From the NCBI GenBank assembly GCA_963693365.1, contig CAVNZM010000001.1:17904783-17968782 (forward strand): DNA of 64,000 nucleotides, in the 5' to 3' direction. The DNA is from Amoebidium appalachense (lineage: Eukaryota > Protista > Ichthyosporea). A program made the position numbers and the translations under genes. The notes under the pieces were generated by a model. It was not told where the DNA came from and did not search any database. It saw only the letters and a list, made by a program, of their open reading frames with translations. Each line of letters starts with the position of its first letter. Within the stretch, counting starts at the first letter, position 1. Of this stretch, positions 1 through 25,386 are shown one piece after another.

Positions 1-1479
1 GAGCTCAAGGCCCTGGAAGACAACGGCACCTTCACCCTTGTGCCCCGTCCAGAGGATGGCTCCACTGTCATTCCGGTCGGCTGGGTCTTTACGGTCAAGC
101 AGGACAACGTCGGCAACGTCACTGCTTTCAAGGCCCGGCTTGTGGCCCGGGGCAACTACCAGCAGCCTGGCCAGGACTATTTCGTCACCGAGTCACCTGT
201 GGCTGCGCTGGCTACCATCCGGCTGGTTTTGGCTACCTCCGTGGCCCAAGGTCTGCCTCTGCGCCACATCGACGTCAACACAGCATTCCTCAACGGCACC
301 GTCAACGAGACCATCTACATTGAGCAGCCCCCTGGCTTCGTCAACCCCTCGGCCCCCCATGCTGTCGGCTTGCTCCACAAGGCGCTCTACGGCCTAAAAC
401 AGGCACCGCGCCAGTGGTATGAGGCCCTCCGTGACCATCTCCTCGACCAAGGCTTCATTGTGAGTGCTGCTGACCCGTGCCTGTTCATCAAGAATGCCGG
501 GACCCCAACGTTTATTGCCCTTGCTGCCTACGTGGATGACTTCACCGTGACGGCCGCCACTGATGCGCTCATCGACGATTTTTTCACCAAGCTGGATGCT
601 CGTTTCTCTGCCAAGGACCTGGGTCGTCCTACCCTGCTCATCGGGCACACTCTTACCTGGCTGGAGGACGGGTCTCTGCGTCTGGGCCATCGTCAACACA
701 TCATCGACTTGGCTGCCCGTTTTCGTCTCACCCACATGTCCGGCACCAAGACCCCCATCGTCCCGGGCCAAGCCAGTGAAAGCAACAAGACCCCAGCCTA
801 CAGCAAGAAGGAGGACTATGCCAGCCTGGTCGGTGCCCTGCTGTGGATTGCGCGTACCACCCGCCCCGACATTTCCCAGGCTCTGGGAGTCCTTACTCGA
901 CACATTCATGCGCCCACCGTCACCCACTGGACTATGGCTACCAGAGTTGTAAGCTACCTGCTGGCCACCATCGACCTGGGTATTGTCTACCGTCCCGGCC
1001 CCCCCAACCTTGTTGGCTACTCCGACTCCGACTACGCCGAGGACCGCGACACCCGGCGCTCCACCACGGGCTATGTCTTCTTCATCAACTCCTCCCCTGT
1101 GTCCTGGGTGTCTCGGCTCCAGTCCATCACCACCCACAGCTCCACTGAGGCTGAATTTGTGGCCATGTCTGCTGCTACGAACGAGGCCCTATGGCTCAAC
1201 TATGTGATGGACGACCTGGGCCTTAATCCTATCAATGAGCCCACCCCGGTGCCCATCCATGGGGACAATGAGTCTGCCCGGGCCCTGCTGGACACCCTGG
1301 GGGTTAAGCCCAAGACCAAGCACATCGACGTCCGCTACTGCTCCGTCAAGGAACATCACCTGCTGGGCAACATCACTGTGGTCCCGGTGGCTTCTGCTGA
1401 CAACAAGGCCGACATGTTCACCAAGGCCCTGTCTGCCTCTTTCTTCACCAAGGCCGTGGGGATGCTCAACATGTGCTGA
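1..1479 (+). CDS. Ty1/Copia Pol C-terminal part (reverse transcriptase + RNase H), 5' end outside window
   Basis: Frame is open from base 1 (ELKALEDNGTF...). Copia RT motifs KARLVARG, DVNTAFLNG, LYGLKQAPRQW and YVDD are present, as are RNase H motifs GYSDSD, STEAEFVA, KTKHIDVRY and ADMFTKAL. Stop at 1477-1479. Confidence 0.96.
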   Translation, partial: ELKALEDNGTFTLVPRPEDGSTVIPVGWVFTVKQDNVGNVTAFKARLVARGNYQQPGQDYFVTESPVAALATIRLVLATSVAQGLPLRHIDVNTAFLNGTVNETIYIEQPPGFVNPSAPHAVGLLHKALYGLKQAPRQWYEALRDHLLDQGFIVSAADPCLFIKNAGTPTFIALAAYVDDFTVTAATDALIDDFFTKLDARFSAKDLGRPTLLIGHTLTWLEDGSLRLGHRQHIIDLAARFRLTHMSGTKTPIVPGQASESNKTPAYSKKEDYASLVGALLWIARTTRPDISQALGVLTRHIHAPTVTHWTMATRVVSYLLATIDLGIVYRPGPPNLVGYSDSDYAEDRDTRRSTTGYVFFINSSPVSWVSRLQSITTHSSTEAEFVAMSAATNEALWLNYVMDDLGLNPINEPTPVPIHGDNESARALLDTLGVKPKTKHIDVRYCSVKEHHLLGNITVVPVASADNKADMFTKALSASFFTKAVGMLNMC

Positions 1480-1652
1480 GCACCCGTCATCAACCAACTG
1501 CGCCCTCATACTTCAGGGGGGGGGAGAGAGTTGCATCCGACTGTGCAACTACGTGTACCATACTAAAATTGAGTAGGGGAATCTTTATTGTCTGTATTTT
1601 GTGCACCTGAAGCACTCGAGCTCAGTTGCATTAATTCATACCACAATTATCC

Positions 1653-1665
1653 AATTGAGTAGGGG
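1653..1665 (+). other. Polypurine tract of the Copia element
   Basis: AATTGAGTAGGGG abuts the TG start of the LTR; an identical 13-mer also occurs at 1567-1579. Confidence 0.65.
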
Positions 1666-2431
1666 TGTTGGAGTACACTGGTACTCCCGGCTAGCAATGT
1701 CTGTTAGAGAAAGTTTCTGAGCAATTGAATAACTGTTTCAACACTCACTCGAGTGCATAGAGCTTTTGTTTACGGTCATATTCATATATGGTAGTTATAT
1801 GTTTGAGCCAAAACTGTACCAATGACGAGCTTCACTAGCAACGTGCTAATTGTGCTCTCTTTTCGGCTATTCCCGGTTCAGATGATGTCATGTCTATATT
1901 TGCCACAGGATTCTATTCTTAGAGTGGTAGTGTGCTTTATTCCCGGATATTCTCAGAATATTTTTAGTTGTGTGAAGCAAGATTTACGTTTAACTGCAAT
2001 TGGTGTGTTAAACACGTTTATTTGTGTGCTTTAGTGCAAGTTAACTAGCCACTCAACGTGCACAGTTAACTTTTATATCTTTAACGACTTGTTTTCATTG
2101 TGCTCTCTTTTCGGCCATGCTGTACATGGCCCACCACCAGGGTGCACACGAGGCCACCATGAGGTGGCCAACGACTATATAAAGCAGTGCCTCCCATGTC
2201 ACAAACATGGGAAGCAGAACGTTTGATTTACACTTTTCTACTGTCGTTTCCAGTGCACAAAACACATAGACTAGTTACCCATCATACACGACACTATGTC
2301 TGACAACTTACAGTTGCAGCAACTAGTCCAACTACTGGAGCAGAGGTTGGCCTCACAAGATGCAATCATTTCTGACTTACAGAAGGAACAACGTGCACTA
2401 GAACTAGCTTCTATGAACACAATGTCCAACA
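1666..2431 (+). mobile_element. 3' LTR of the Copia retrotransposon (766 bp)
   Basis: Begins TGTTGGA directly after a purine tract (GAGTAGGGG) and ends TCCAACA, a 7-bp terminal inverted repeat with TG...CA ends. TATA-like CTATATAAAG at ~2175; internal direct repeat TTGTGCTCTCTTTTCGGC at ~1850 and ~2098. Confidence 0.8.
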
Positions 2432-2447
2432 GGGAGGTGAGCGTTAC

Positions 2448-15062
<12,615 letters not shown>

Positions 15063-16921
15063 GGTATTGCTTTATCGCAATATGAATCGGTCTTTATGAG
15101 TGGTTTGGTGTCCATTTTCTTTGTTGGTGTCGTCATGCTGTTTTTGTTGTTCTTTTCTGAAATGTAAGTGCCCCTATTATTAGGAAACACCACGCACATG
15201 TTTCCCCTGAAACTCGACGACAACTTTCCTGTTCAACCTCTGCTCGGTAAGTGGTGTGACGCAAAGTGCCGTGGTTTTTGCTTCTGAGCACAGTAAATTG
15301 AACTGAAGCTTGTATCATCACGTGAGACTACTGACTATCAACGAGCTTGCATGAAGAAAGCATGTGGCAGTATGCTGGTATGCTGTGCACTGTGACAGCC
15401 TATTATAGCTAGCCTGCTTAATATAGTAGCTTTAGCGATGCATATGGCAGCCACCAGGAAGCAATATTGGCCTACTATTGGTGGTGATGCTAATCTGTAC
15501 ATGTGATGACCTCGATGCTTCGAGCTCCACAGGCCAAAATATATGTCGAAGCAGGAGCTTCTCACATTGCATAAAAAGAGCTGCTTGTATAGTTTGTTTT
15601 CACCATGCATGAAATAACTGCATTATGCGCCCGTTCATTTCTCGTCCAAAGTTCGACATCAGGTACCATATGGCTAAACACTGTGCACATTCTGCCAACA
15701 CCCACCGCGAGTTGAGTCCTCAGGTCCCGGAACTTCGGTAGATCTAATAGTCGAGACTCTAGACTAATAATATTAGACCGTTACTGATGTACTCACTCAA
15801 TAATTTAATATGCCTGTGCATTTCTATACATATGCATACGCTGAGTCATGATTCGGTTGAGTGCGGTGCACATGGCAAACCCACTACATGCACCACTTCA
15901 ATTGCAGCAGAATCTAATTGCAAGTAGTCGCGGATAAACATGATGAAAATAATACCACACCAAGCAACGGTTCGTTTTCGAGAAGTACACATGGCCCAAA
16001 TCAAGTTACAAGCTCTCCTACACACACAATACTTGCATGCCACTGGCCAGGGGTCACTCATTCTACAGTTATTTTAGGTATGTACAGTTAGAATCAAGAG
16101 TAGCAATGTGCGACCAACTCAGAACTTCACCGTCCACGGCCACGGACCATGCATATGATTGTTGTGATGCAATTCTACCGAATGTTAATAGGAACGCAGT
16201 TCATTCCTTCCGCGGATCAACAAATTCTGGCAGCCTGTGGCAGGCAGCAGGCTGCGAATTCCATCATGCCAGCTGAGCGGGCGCATTCAAGGTGCGGCAA
16301 AAATGGAGCAATAAGTTTCTTCTTTAGACAAATGCAATACAAAACGTGAATTTTTTGCAGGGCATGTGGTCAATCACACTCGGGTGCATGCACATTTTAA
16401 CAAGATCATGTGACGTCACTGTGTGCCTGTGTGCATTTTTCTGTGGTGCAGATCTAGCCAATCATAATGCAGACTCTCACCCGCTTCGGCGCTTCCAAGT
16501 TTCCGTGGACCGTGACACTGACAGGCTTCCATGCCACCCCCACGAACGCGTACACGTCGCAACGTGTAAGCTTTCACCCATGCTGCCTCCCAGAGGCTTT
16601 GCAGTTACCTTCGTCTTCCGTTTCATCTTGAGAACCCGAAAAATCGTCCTAATCATCTTCAAGTTTGTACATACTTGCACATAACTACACCCTGTCTTTC
16701 ACGCATGCTGCCGAGCTCTTGAAGCGGCAAGGAATCTCAGGTTGCCTCTCAGCCTCTCAGGTCGTTCAGATCCATTCATAGAGTCAGGCTTCCTGCTGGG
16801 GTATACCAATCATTATTTTCCCCACCAAATATTAGATACCGTTACTGCCGTGCATGCGTGGTACCACGGTGCGGAATTCGAAGGGCGACTGTGCATGTGT
16901 TCCTGCCTGCCTGCAGTCCTG

Positions 16922-16959
<38 letters not shown>

Positions 16960-16996
16960 TGTACTCGTGTGCGTTGGGCCAGTTGGCCATGGGGAA

Positions 16997-17032
<36 letters not shown>

Positions 17033-17675
17033 TTGTCATTTTGAGAGAGTTCGAGCGGCTGGTTTATTTGCTCCACATAGATAGCTGCTCCAGTTTAAAG
17101 TCCAGCAGCAATTACCGAGTACTGTAATGGCGTTAATGGTAGGGAAAATATGACGTGTATACTATGTATTGATTTGCCCATAGGGACACAGGCATCAACG
17201 TAACCTGTACTGGTAAAGTAGATTGGGAGACGTTTAGCATTGGAACAGACACGATGTTAGCAATAATATCAGGCCATTTCAACAATTTGAACACAACTAC
17301 ATGGTATATCATAGCCATAGCAAATACATATCCATATTCACTACAGTTCTTATGCAGCCCTAGCCTCACCGTCTACACCTATATATGCATTCGCTACAAA
17401 ACAAATACACATGAACAACCCAAATTAATCCATCATACAGCATCGACTCAGATGGCTTATTGCACAGGCCATATGCATAGTCAGTAGTAGACTTTGACGA
17501 GGAAGAAAAGAAAACCAGCCCAAAATAAACAAACAAATCAAAAAAATGGTGAAGTCAATCTTACTTTTTCAGGTCAATGGGTTCCGATCAACCCTCAAAT
17601 TTCCACAGCAACCACCACCAATCACTCGCGTGTATTCGCCGCCCTCCATGTCCTTCGTGCCTGCAGCATAAAAAC

Positions 17676-19171
17676 CTAAATCAAATCTGCAGCGCGCAGA
17701 GCCTGATCGAGATCGGCAATCAGATCGTCTGGATCTTCGATCCCGACACACAGGCGGATAAGGTCCTCCGGCATGTTGCGCTCCTTCCTCACGTGCGCGG
17801 GGATGCTCGCGTGGGACATGCGGCAAGGCATGCTGTGTGTGTGTGTGGGTGAACGGGTGGGCCACGGGAGGGGGGGGGGGGGGGGGGAGGGGGGGGGGGG
17901 GGTTACAAAAAAAAAAGTACCAAGACAAGCTAGAACCAAACAGCAAACGGCTTCATACCCTCTCCCACCACCATTCTTTCTTTCCCAGTCACCACGCAAG
18001 TCCAAACCAACCAGCACACAAGAGAGGTGACCCACGAGAATCAAAGAGTGAGTTTCCACAAACCTCATCTCCCCTCCCCCCTCCCCCCAATCCCAGTACG
18101 CCTCTCTACCTCTCTCTTTCTCTCTCTCGGTACCACTCCCCCCATCTCCCCCCCCCCCCCCCCCCCCCCCTTCTAACCTCCGTTCACTCACACTTCCAAA
18201 CCACACCCCTTTACGTGATCCAACCATCACCACCACTATTACTTCTCCACGTACCTAATCAGGGAGTTCACGCAGCCAAAGCTGACGGAGATGCCAAAGA
18301 TTTTGCACCCCTCCACCACCTGCTGGGACACCAGGGTCGACCCGGTCTCAAAGCTCAGCACCGCACCAGGCCCGGATGCCTGCTTGCTGTGTAGCTCGTA
18401 GCTGCAGGAGGACACGAATGAGGTTGTGTAAGATACGAGTGAGGATGGGGTGCGAGACACGAGGGAGGAAAAGGCAAGACATAGGTGAAGGTGGTGCAAG
18501 ATACGAGCGATGATGGTGCCGGACACGATTGAGGATGAAGAAAGAAACCAGTGAGGGTGAGAACAAAGAAACGACTGAGGGTATTTAACAACCTTATTTC
18601 CCTTCAGGCTGCAGTCTGTAAGTAAACTTGCTCTCCCCATGTACCCTCGAGTCCCACAGGTCTACCCCGGCGCTACTCCAACAACAACAAGCATGCATAA
18701 ACGTGAAAGCCCCCTGCCCAAATAACTTTCCCATGTAGTCACTTATTGTGTATATGTGAATACACCTGTGTGCACTAGGTTACTTCGTTTATCTTTCGTG
18801 GTGAAAAGATCACGTGTGCATCCCTCCAAACCTTTGTGCACACGATTGCCCACGTGTGTCTTTCCACACACACACATGTAATAAAGAACCCTATTGTCCC
18901 CGAACACGTTTAAGCCAGTCTACACCCATATCCACTTAGAGAAAGCATTGCACATATACACCACTCCCCACATCAGCATACCTGGAATGGCTCTTTAGGC
19001 CCGGGAAGTTAACCTTCAGACCCTTTGACTCGAGGTAGTCAGCAATTCTGATGGCGTTTGCCTGCTGCTTCTCGATGCGCACACTCAGTGTCTTGACCCC
19101 CCTCAGAAGCAGCCAGCAATCAAACGGGGCAAGACCAACCCCACTGGCATTGATGATGAAGTAGATCGCCT

Positions 19172-19213
<42 letters not shown>

Positions 19214-20046
19214 GAGCATTGCGAATGAGGGTGGGTGGATGGGTGGGGGCTTGATGTGCCTTTAGGGGGAGGATGAGTGGGCCGGTTGGTAAAGGCGGCG
19301 GTGGTGGTGGTGGTGGGGAGAGGCCGGTGTGTGTGTGTGCGCGCGCATGTGTGTGTGTGTGTGTGGGGTGGTGGGGGGAGAGGGGGGGGGGGGGGGAGGG
19401 GGGTGGGTACCTCAGCTGTGGCCTGCGACTTGCATGCAATGACACCGGCCATGACGTCATGGTGGCCACACAGGTACTTTGTGCCTGAGTGGTACTCAAT
19501 GTCGGCCCCTAGGTCCAGGGTGCGCTGCAGGTAGGGTGACATCATCGTGTTGTCCACCACTACCTGGAAGTGAGCATGGGTGTGAGTGGGCGGTGCGAAG
19601 AAAAAAGGTGGAAGGGTAGAGCATATGATCTGGAAGTAGAGGTGAGAGTGGTTGTGTTTTTGAGTGTTGTCTTGCACGCATCTGAACCGTTCCAGACGTG
19701 TGCTTGTGGGCACACGTGTCTGCTTGGTGTCTGGTAAGCGCGTTCGACCGTGCTTGTTTGTGTCCTGATATCAACGCACACGGGACCAGTTAGGTTCCAC
19801 CCACACACTGGTGTGGAACAGCTCTCAATATTCTGTTGGGGTGTGTCTGTGCATGGCAACGTTTCCGCACACAACAAGCCATCCACCTGCCGTCTGCACT
19901 ACACAGACAAGTTTATATCATCATCCAGATAAGACGGAAAGGGGAAGGGGGGGGGGGAGGGGGGGGGGGGGGGGGGGGGGGGGGAGAAAGAACAGAAAAC
20001 AAAAACCCCCGTAAACCGAGAAGAAACCAAAGAAAAAAAAAAAAAA

Positions 20047-20079
<33 letters not shown>

Positions 20080-20287
20080 TGTGTTACAAAGTAGGAATTA
20101 AACCTTCCTTCAATGACAACGAAATGCAAATTTTGCAAAAGGGAGCTAAGTAGAGCCAATCCTCAGGGGGGACCAAGTCTTTCACAGTAAACGAGCCTCG
20201 ACCCCTCCCACCGGGGCACAAGCAAAAATTCTTTCCCCCTCCCCCTACTACCACAGGCGCATTAACAAGGAAGAGAAGGGAGAGGGG

Positions 20288-20323
<36 letters not shown>

Positions 20324-21267
20324 AAAAGAACAACAAAAAGTTAAAGAACAACAAAAGGCAGAGCAGGGCGCACCCACCTTAATATCTGGGTTTCTCTCAT
20401 GCACCATGTCACATATAGCCTTGATATCGCACACCCTGATCAGGGGGTTTGTAGGTGACTCAAGCAGAACCATCTTGGTGGCTGGGCTCAGAGCTGCCTC
20501 CACGGCACGAATGTCGCATGTGTCAACGTGCCGTGTGACTACCTTCTGTCCTTCAAGGAACTTGAGAAGACGGTTGGTGCCTGTGTGCAAAAAAAAAAAA
20601 AAAAGAAAAGAAAGAAAAAGAAAGAAAAGAAGAGAAGAGAAAAGAAAAAAGAAAAACGGGGCCAGGGGTTAGAGATGGGTGAAAGTGGGTGAGAAAACAA
20701 ATGCAGGGGGAAGGGAGGGGGTGGAGTTGGGGGGGGAGGGGGGGGGGGGGGGGGGGATTAGAGTGTGTTACAGAGTGCAAAGCACAAATCCACGACGTAA
20801 AGCCTAATGCAATTGTTGCATTGTGAAAGGCCGGGAAGGAATGCCTTACAGAGTGCGAAGGGAGCATGAATGGCGGACAACATAATGTATTCGGATTGGT
20901 CAGATGAATGTTAGGAAAAGCCAAAAGAAAAAAATTGGAGAAATATGGTGGTGGTGGTGAAGGCGGTGTGTGTGTGGGGGGGTGTGGGGGGGTGTGGGGG
21001 AGGGTGTGTGGGTGTGGGTGTGCGTGTGTTTGGGAGGGGGGAAGGGGGGAGGGGAGAGGGGGTTGGTTAAAACAATTGCCTACACTGCCTGTTCACGTGC
21101 ATTAGTGTGACAAAGCAGGGATGAGTGCTACATGTGTGTGCGATGGGCCGTTTGCTAAAACACGTGTGTATTTGTGCGCATGAATCGATGATTTGGTAGC
21201 AACCATGATGGTGTGTGGGTGTGCAAAGGAGAATGAGGTATATCGGTGGGCAGGGAACACCCCCCCC

Positions 21268-21320
<53 letters not shown>

Positions 21321-21418
21321 ACCCATGGGGACCCATTCCATGATATAACGGCCAGTGTTTGCGTGTGTGTGTATGTGGTTATGTTGGTGTGTGTGCAGCA
21401 TGTGCAAATTCGTTGGCC

Positions 21419-21463
<45 letters not shown>

Positions 21464-21573
21464 CGCGTGTGTGTGTGCGTGTGTGTGTGTGTGTGTGCGT
21501 GTGTGTGGTGTGTGTACGGATGTGTGTGTGCATGTGCAGCATGCATGACTGCAAGTGTGCAAAGTGGGTGGCC

Positions 21574-21623
<50 letters not shown>

Positions 21624-21655
21624 ATACGGGTGTGTGCATGCATGTACATGTGCAT

Positions 21656-21692
<37 letters not shown>

Positions 21693-22849
21693 GTTGGGGG
21701 GGGGGGGGGGGGGGGAGGGAGTTGGTCAAGAAGGAACGAGTCAGGACACAGAAACACATTCACCACGGGCATAATACATCGGAAAAAAACAGTCCAAGCT
21801 GAGGTGCACAAACTAAGCCACCCCCCCCCCCCCCCCCCCCCCCCTTCTTCCACACACACACGACACACAAAAAAAAAAAAAAAAAAAGAAGAAGGACACT
21901 ACGCATTAACATACACAGGCACAGGCACAACATTCACAAGCACAGGACACCAAATAAATCAACAAAGAGCTGGGAAAGAAGAAATTAAACAGCCAATATA
22001 AAAATTGGTGCCCCTGTTCTGATAAACAAAAAACATCACAGCCCAAAATCCAACATACCGCCGTAAAGGTCAGTGCCGGCAATAATCTCATCACCACTCC
22101 GCATCAACCGTGTAATCACGTCCAGAGCGCTCATGCCAGACGAAACAACGTATGCTTTGTGTGCACCCATCAGCTTGGCAAGATGGGTTTCTGCAGTGAT
22201 GTGTACAGGTCAGCGTTGTTCTGTGAATTATGATGTCTTGTTCCCCCCCCCCCCCCCCCCCCCCCCCCCCGGGCGGTAAGATCCTCCATCCTTTGCATCG
22301 TTACCCCAACAACTGCTGCAAGAAACGCAGAGAAAACAGGTGTGTAATTCTTGGAGACACACCGCCTTCAACACCTTCACTCAAGTGAACAAGCTCACTA
22401 TAACTTCGGCCGTTGGAAACAACCACTCCTCAGCCAATGCACGAGGTTGTGACCCCAAACCACCACATCCCACCACATAAAGAAGTCACACGCGAACATT
22501 GCCAATCCAGGTACATAAAGACGAATCAAAACATGCAAGTCACACCAGGGGAGAACCCTTTTGCAGAAACTGCATCACACACGACTCTTGCAACCCAACA
22601 TGCCCACCCGTGCAGCACCCCCTCGAGGCCAACCGTGTATCGGCTACTCCCTTAATACTATAAAGTCCACAAAAACAGAAACGACAGGCTTAGTTCACAA
22701 GAAGTTGCAAGAAGGAGGGAGAGGGAGGAAATGAGAAGACTTGCGATCAAGAAAAGAGAACGTCGAGCCGCTGAGAACTAACATGCAATATGTATCGCCT
22801 ATTCCCCTTCGGCTCCTCGCTCTTTCCTGCTCCCATCTTTGCCCCCAAA

Positions 22850-22880
<31 letters not shown>

Positions 22881-23159
22881 CTCCTCTCCCTCACGTCTCC
22901 CGCCCTTTCCAATCCCTCCTCAACCCCAACCCACCAAGTCCCGTTGCACTTGCGTGTTTTGAAACTCACCAAGCACAGTTCTTGTTGGGTTCCCGCTGCG
23001 TGTGTAGTCATACTCGCCACACGACACAGCAGAGTTCTGCTTGAACGTAGCTGTCTGGTAAATGGGGGTGGATGCAGGGTTGTAGGGGTCATTAGGGCCT
23101 GTCTCCACCAACACCACTTGGGTGGCTGGCCGCAGCTGTACTTTCACTTCCTCAGCCAT
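17676..23159 (-). CDS. Cystathionine beta-lyase (Cys/Met metabolism PLP enzyme, STR3/MetC-like), 7 exons
   Basis: Exons 23159-22970, 22190-22059, 20580-20378, 19563-19411, 19169-18982, 18401-18255 and 17832-17676 splice in frame at GT-AG sites. Motifs [54 protein letters not shown] (PLP lysine), [13 protein letters not shown] and [10 protein letters not shown]. Confidence 0.93.
18410..18540. repeat. Degenerate ~22-bp minisatellite (~6 units) next to a splice acceptor of the cystathionine beta-lyase gene
   Basis: Recurring GAYACGAN(T)GAGGATG-like units on the + strand. Confidence 0.6.
20079..20205 (-). repeat. Diverged partial copy (E) of the structured poly-C-associated intronic element
   Basis: Minus strand GGGGTCGAGGCTCG..ACTGTGAAAGACTTGGTCCCCCCTGAGGATTGGCTCT matches the core of copies A/B/D; it ends in poly-C on the minus strand. 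Confidence 0.6.
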
Positions 23160-25252
23160 GTTGGTGGCTGTAATAAACACGAAAAGATGGGGCCTTCGCT
23201 GTTGAGACTACTCGTGAGTGTACGGCCACCAACCCGTTAATGCTAGCAGAAAAGCTCCGTTTAGTTATAGACTATAAATTTAGCTTCGTACGCCCGGCTG
23301 CCCCCTCCCTTCTCTCCTGTCACTCTCGAAGTCCCCTCCCTCGCTCGTGTACCAGGGAGCGGACCGTCCGACTCAGCCGCACGGAGGGAAAAAGCGGGGA
23401 CAGATGTACGTGATATGAATCTGTAGATAACCCAATAGAAAGTGCCTATAATGATGTCATATGTTGATCCGCATTTGCCTATGCTTGTGCAAGAGAGTTT
23501 CTTATCTTTAACTGTATTGTATTTTGCAAAAACAATAATAAAATGCTTCACAAAACGCTTTACAGCTCAAGTGGTATATATGCCTCATGAATTCACAGGT
23601 CAACCATCATACCCTTGCACTCCTATGTTTAGAAAATGTAGCCACATTGCATCGTGATCCAATCGGATGCGAGTCTTGCATTCGCTTTTCACCGCTAGCA
23701 CAGATCACCTTGTTCGCCATCTTGGAACGAACTGGGGACTTTTCAAACGTTCGAGGGGACTTTTCAAAGGTTCAAGTCTTACGGCCATGTTCGAATACTC
23801 AAAATGCATCGAATTACCACCTTCTTTCTGTAATAATGTGAGGTGTATTTGCTGGTAAACTGAATTAACGGGCATTTTACGAATACCGAAGTAAAGAAAA
23901 CGGGAGATACAGGCTTTTACCTACGACACAACTTTCAAGAGAAGGCTTCTTGGCTAGCCAAGTAAACACCTCCTTCGTGCTTCCTGCAAGGTCGAGGTGT
24001 GTGCGTATACCTGTGGTTGTGTGCGGGCATTTGCTTGGATATATTAATAGCGCATGCCTTGATGCGGTATGTGCGTGTGCTTGTGTTGCACCCGTGTACA
24101 CCTAGTGCACCCACGTAGAGCCAGCCCGATCGAGACACAAGCATCAGGTGCCATGGTCTGAATGGGTAGACCCGATCAAATTACTTCATACTATGTTTTG
24201 TGTACCCTTATACTGCTGTTTAGATGCTACGAGGTACAATCAAATGAGTCTTGTAGTACATATAGTAGCTTTGACCATGAACCTGCTGCTAAAGGCAAAA
24301 TAAAAACCGTTAGAAAAGGCGGGGTTAATCACGGCCCGTGTCTTTCATATACGGTCCACCTCAGGCTGGACGTCTTTTTTTATGCTTGGTCTTATCCTCT
24401 TGCAAAACTACACACACACACACAATAACACACGTCAGTCGTTTTTAATTACATCACAACAGCATGACAGCCAACAGAAATTGTGAATTTTTTAGGTTTG
24501 TTTTAGAGCCGGAAGGCAAGGGAGGATGGGGAGGGAGACGAAGGGGGAGGGGGTGAGAGAGAAGGGGGGGGGAGGGGGGTGGGGGGAGGGGGGGGGAGAG
24601 AGTGTGTGTGTGCGCCCGCGTGCGCGAGTGTGCGAGAGAGAGAGAGAGTGAGAGTGAGAGAGTGAGAGTGAGAGTGAGAGTGTGTGAGAGAAAGAGAGTG
24701 TGTGTGTGATTGGAATGAGAGAGAATGGGAGAGAAAGAGAGAGAGGTTGGCCTACGGGAAGAGAGAGAGAGAGAGAGAGTGTGTGTGTGGGGGGGGGGGG
24801 GGGGGGGGGGGGGGGAGAAGAGAGAGGGAGGGGGAGAAGTGGTGGGTGGGTTAAGGGGTGTGTATGTGGGGGGGGGGGGGGGGGCAGCACAGAAAGAATG
24901 GAACCATGCAACAAAGTGTACTATATTTAATTGTCAAGCAACAAATTTGATTAGCAGCTACATTACTGAAATAATAAAGATAACTAGGAGAGATGGAGGG
25001 GGGCGTGAGGGGCTAGAGTGTGTTGCAGAGCACTACACACACGATGGGTCGTGCACTCGAGGAAATGAATGAAATATTTGAAAATTTTCATTTCCCTGTT
25101 TCATGGAAGAACGAAGCCGTGAGGAGAGTGAGAGATGGGTGGGCGGGGGCGGTCCGGGGGGGGGGGGGGGGGGGGGGGGAGGGGGGGGGGGAAGTGGGGT
25201 TGGTGGGTGGAACAGGTGGTTGAGGATTTTCTTCTTCTTCTTCTTTTTTTTT

Positions 25253-25299
<47 letters not shown>

Positions 25300-25345
25300 G
25301 ATGAGGGAGTGTGTGGGTGGTGGTGGTGGTGGTTTTTTTTTTTTT

Positions 25346-25386
<41 letters not shown>

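Noticed and set aside
394-1137. 247-aa antisense ORF over Copia RT, and similar antisense ORFs over LINE ORF1
   Set aside because: Shadow ORFs expected from GC-rich codon usage on the opposite strand.
16346-16860. Complex sequence with short ORFs upstream of the GPCR
   Set aside because: Frames are interrupted and match no family I recognise; possibly a decayed element.
23734-23780. Two tandem ~21-bp copies of GGGGACTTTTCAAA.GTTC
   Set aside because: Only two units with no spacer; a simple local duplication, not a CRISPR array.
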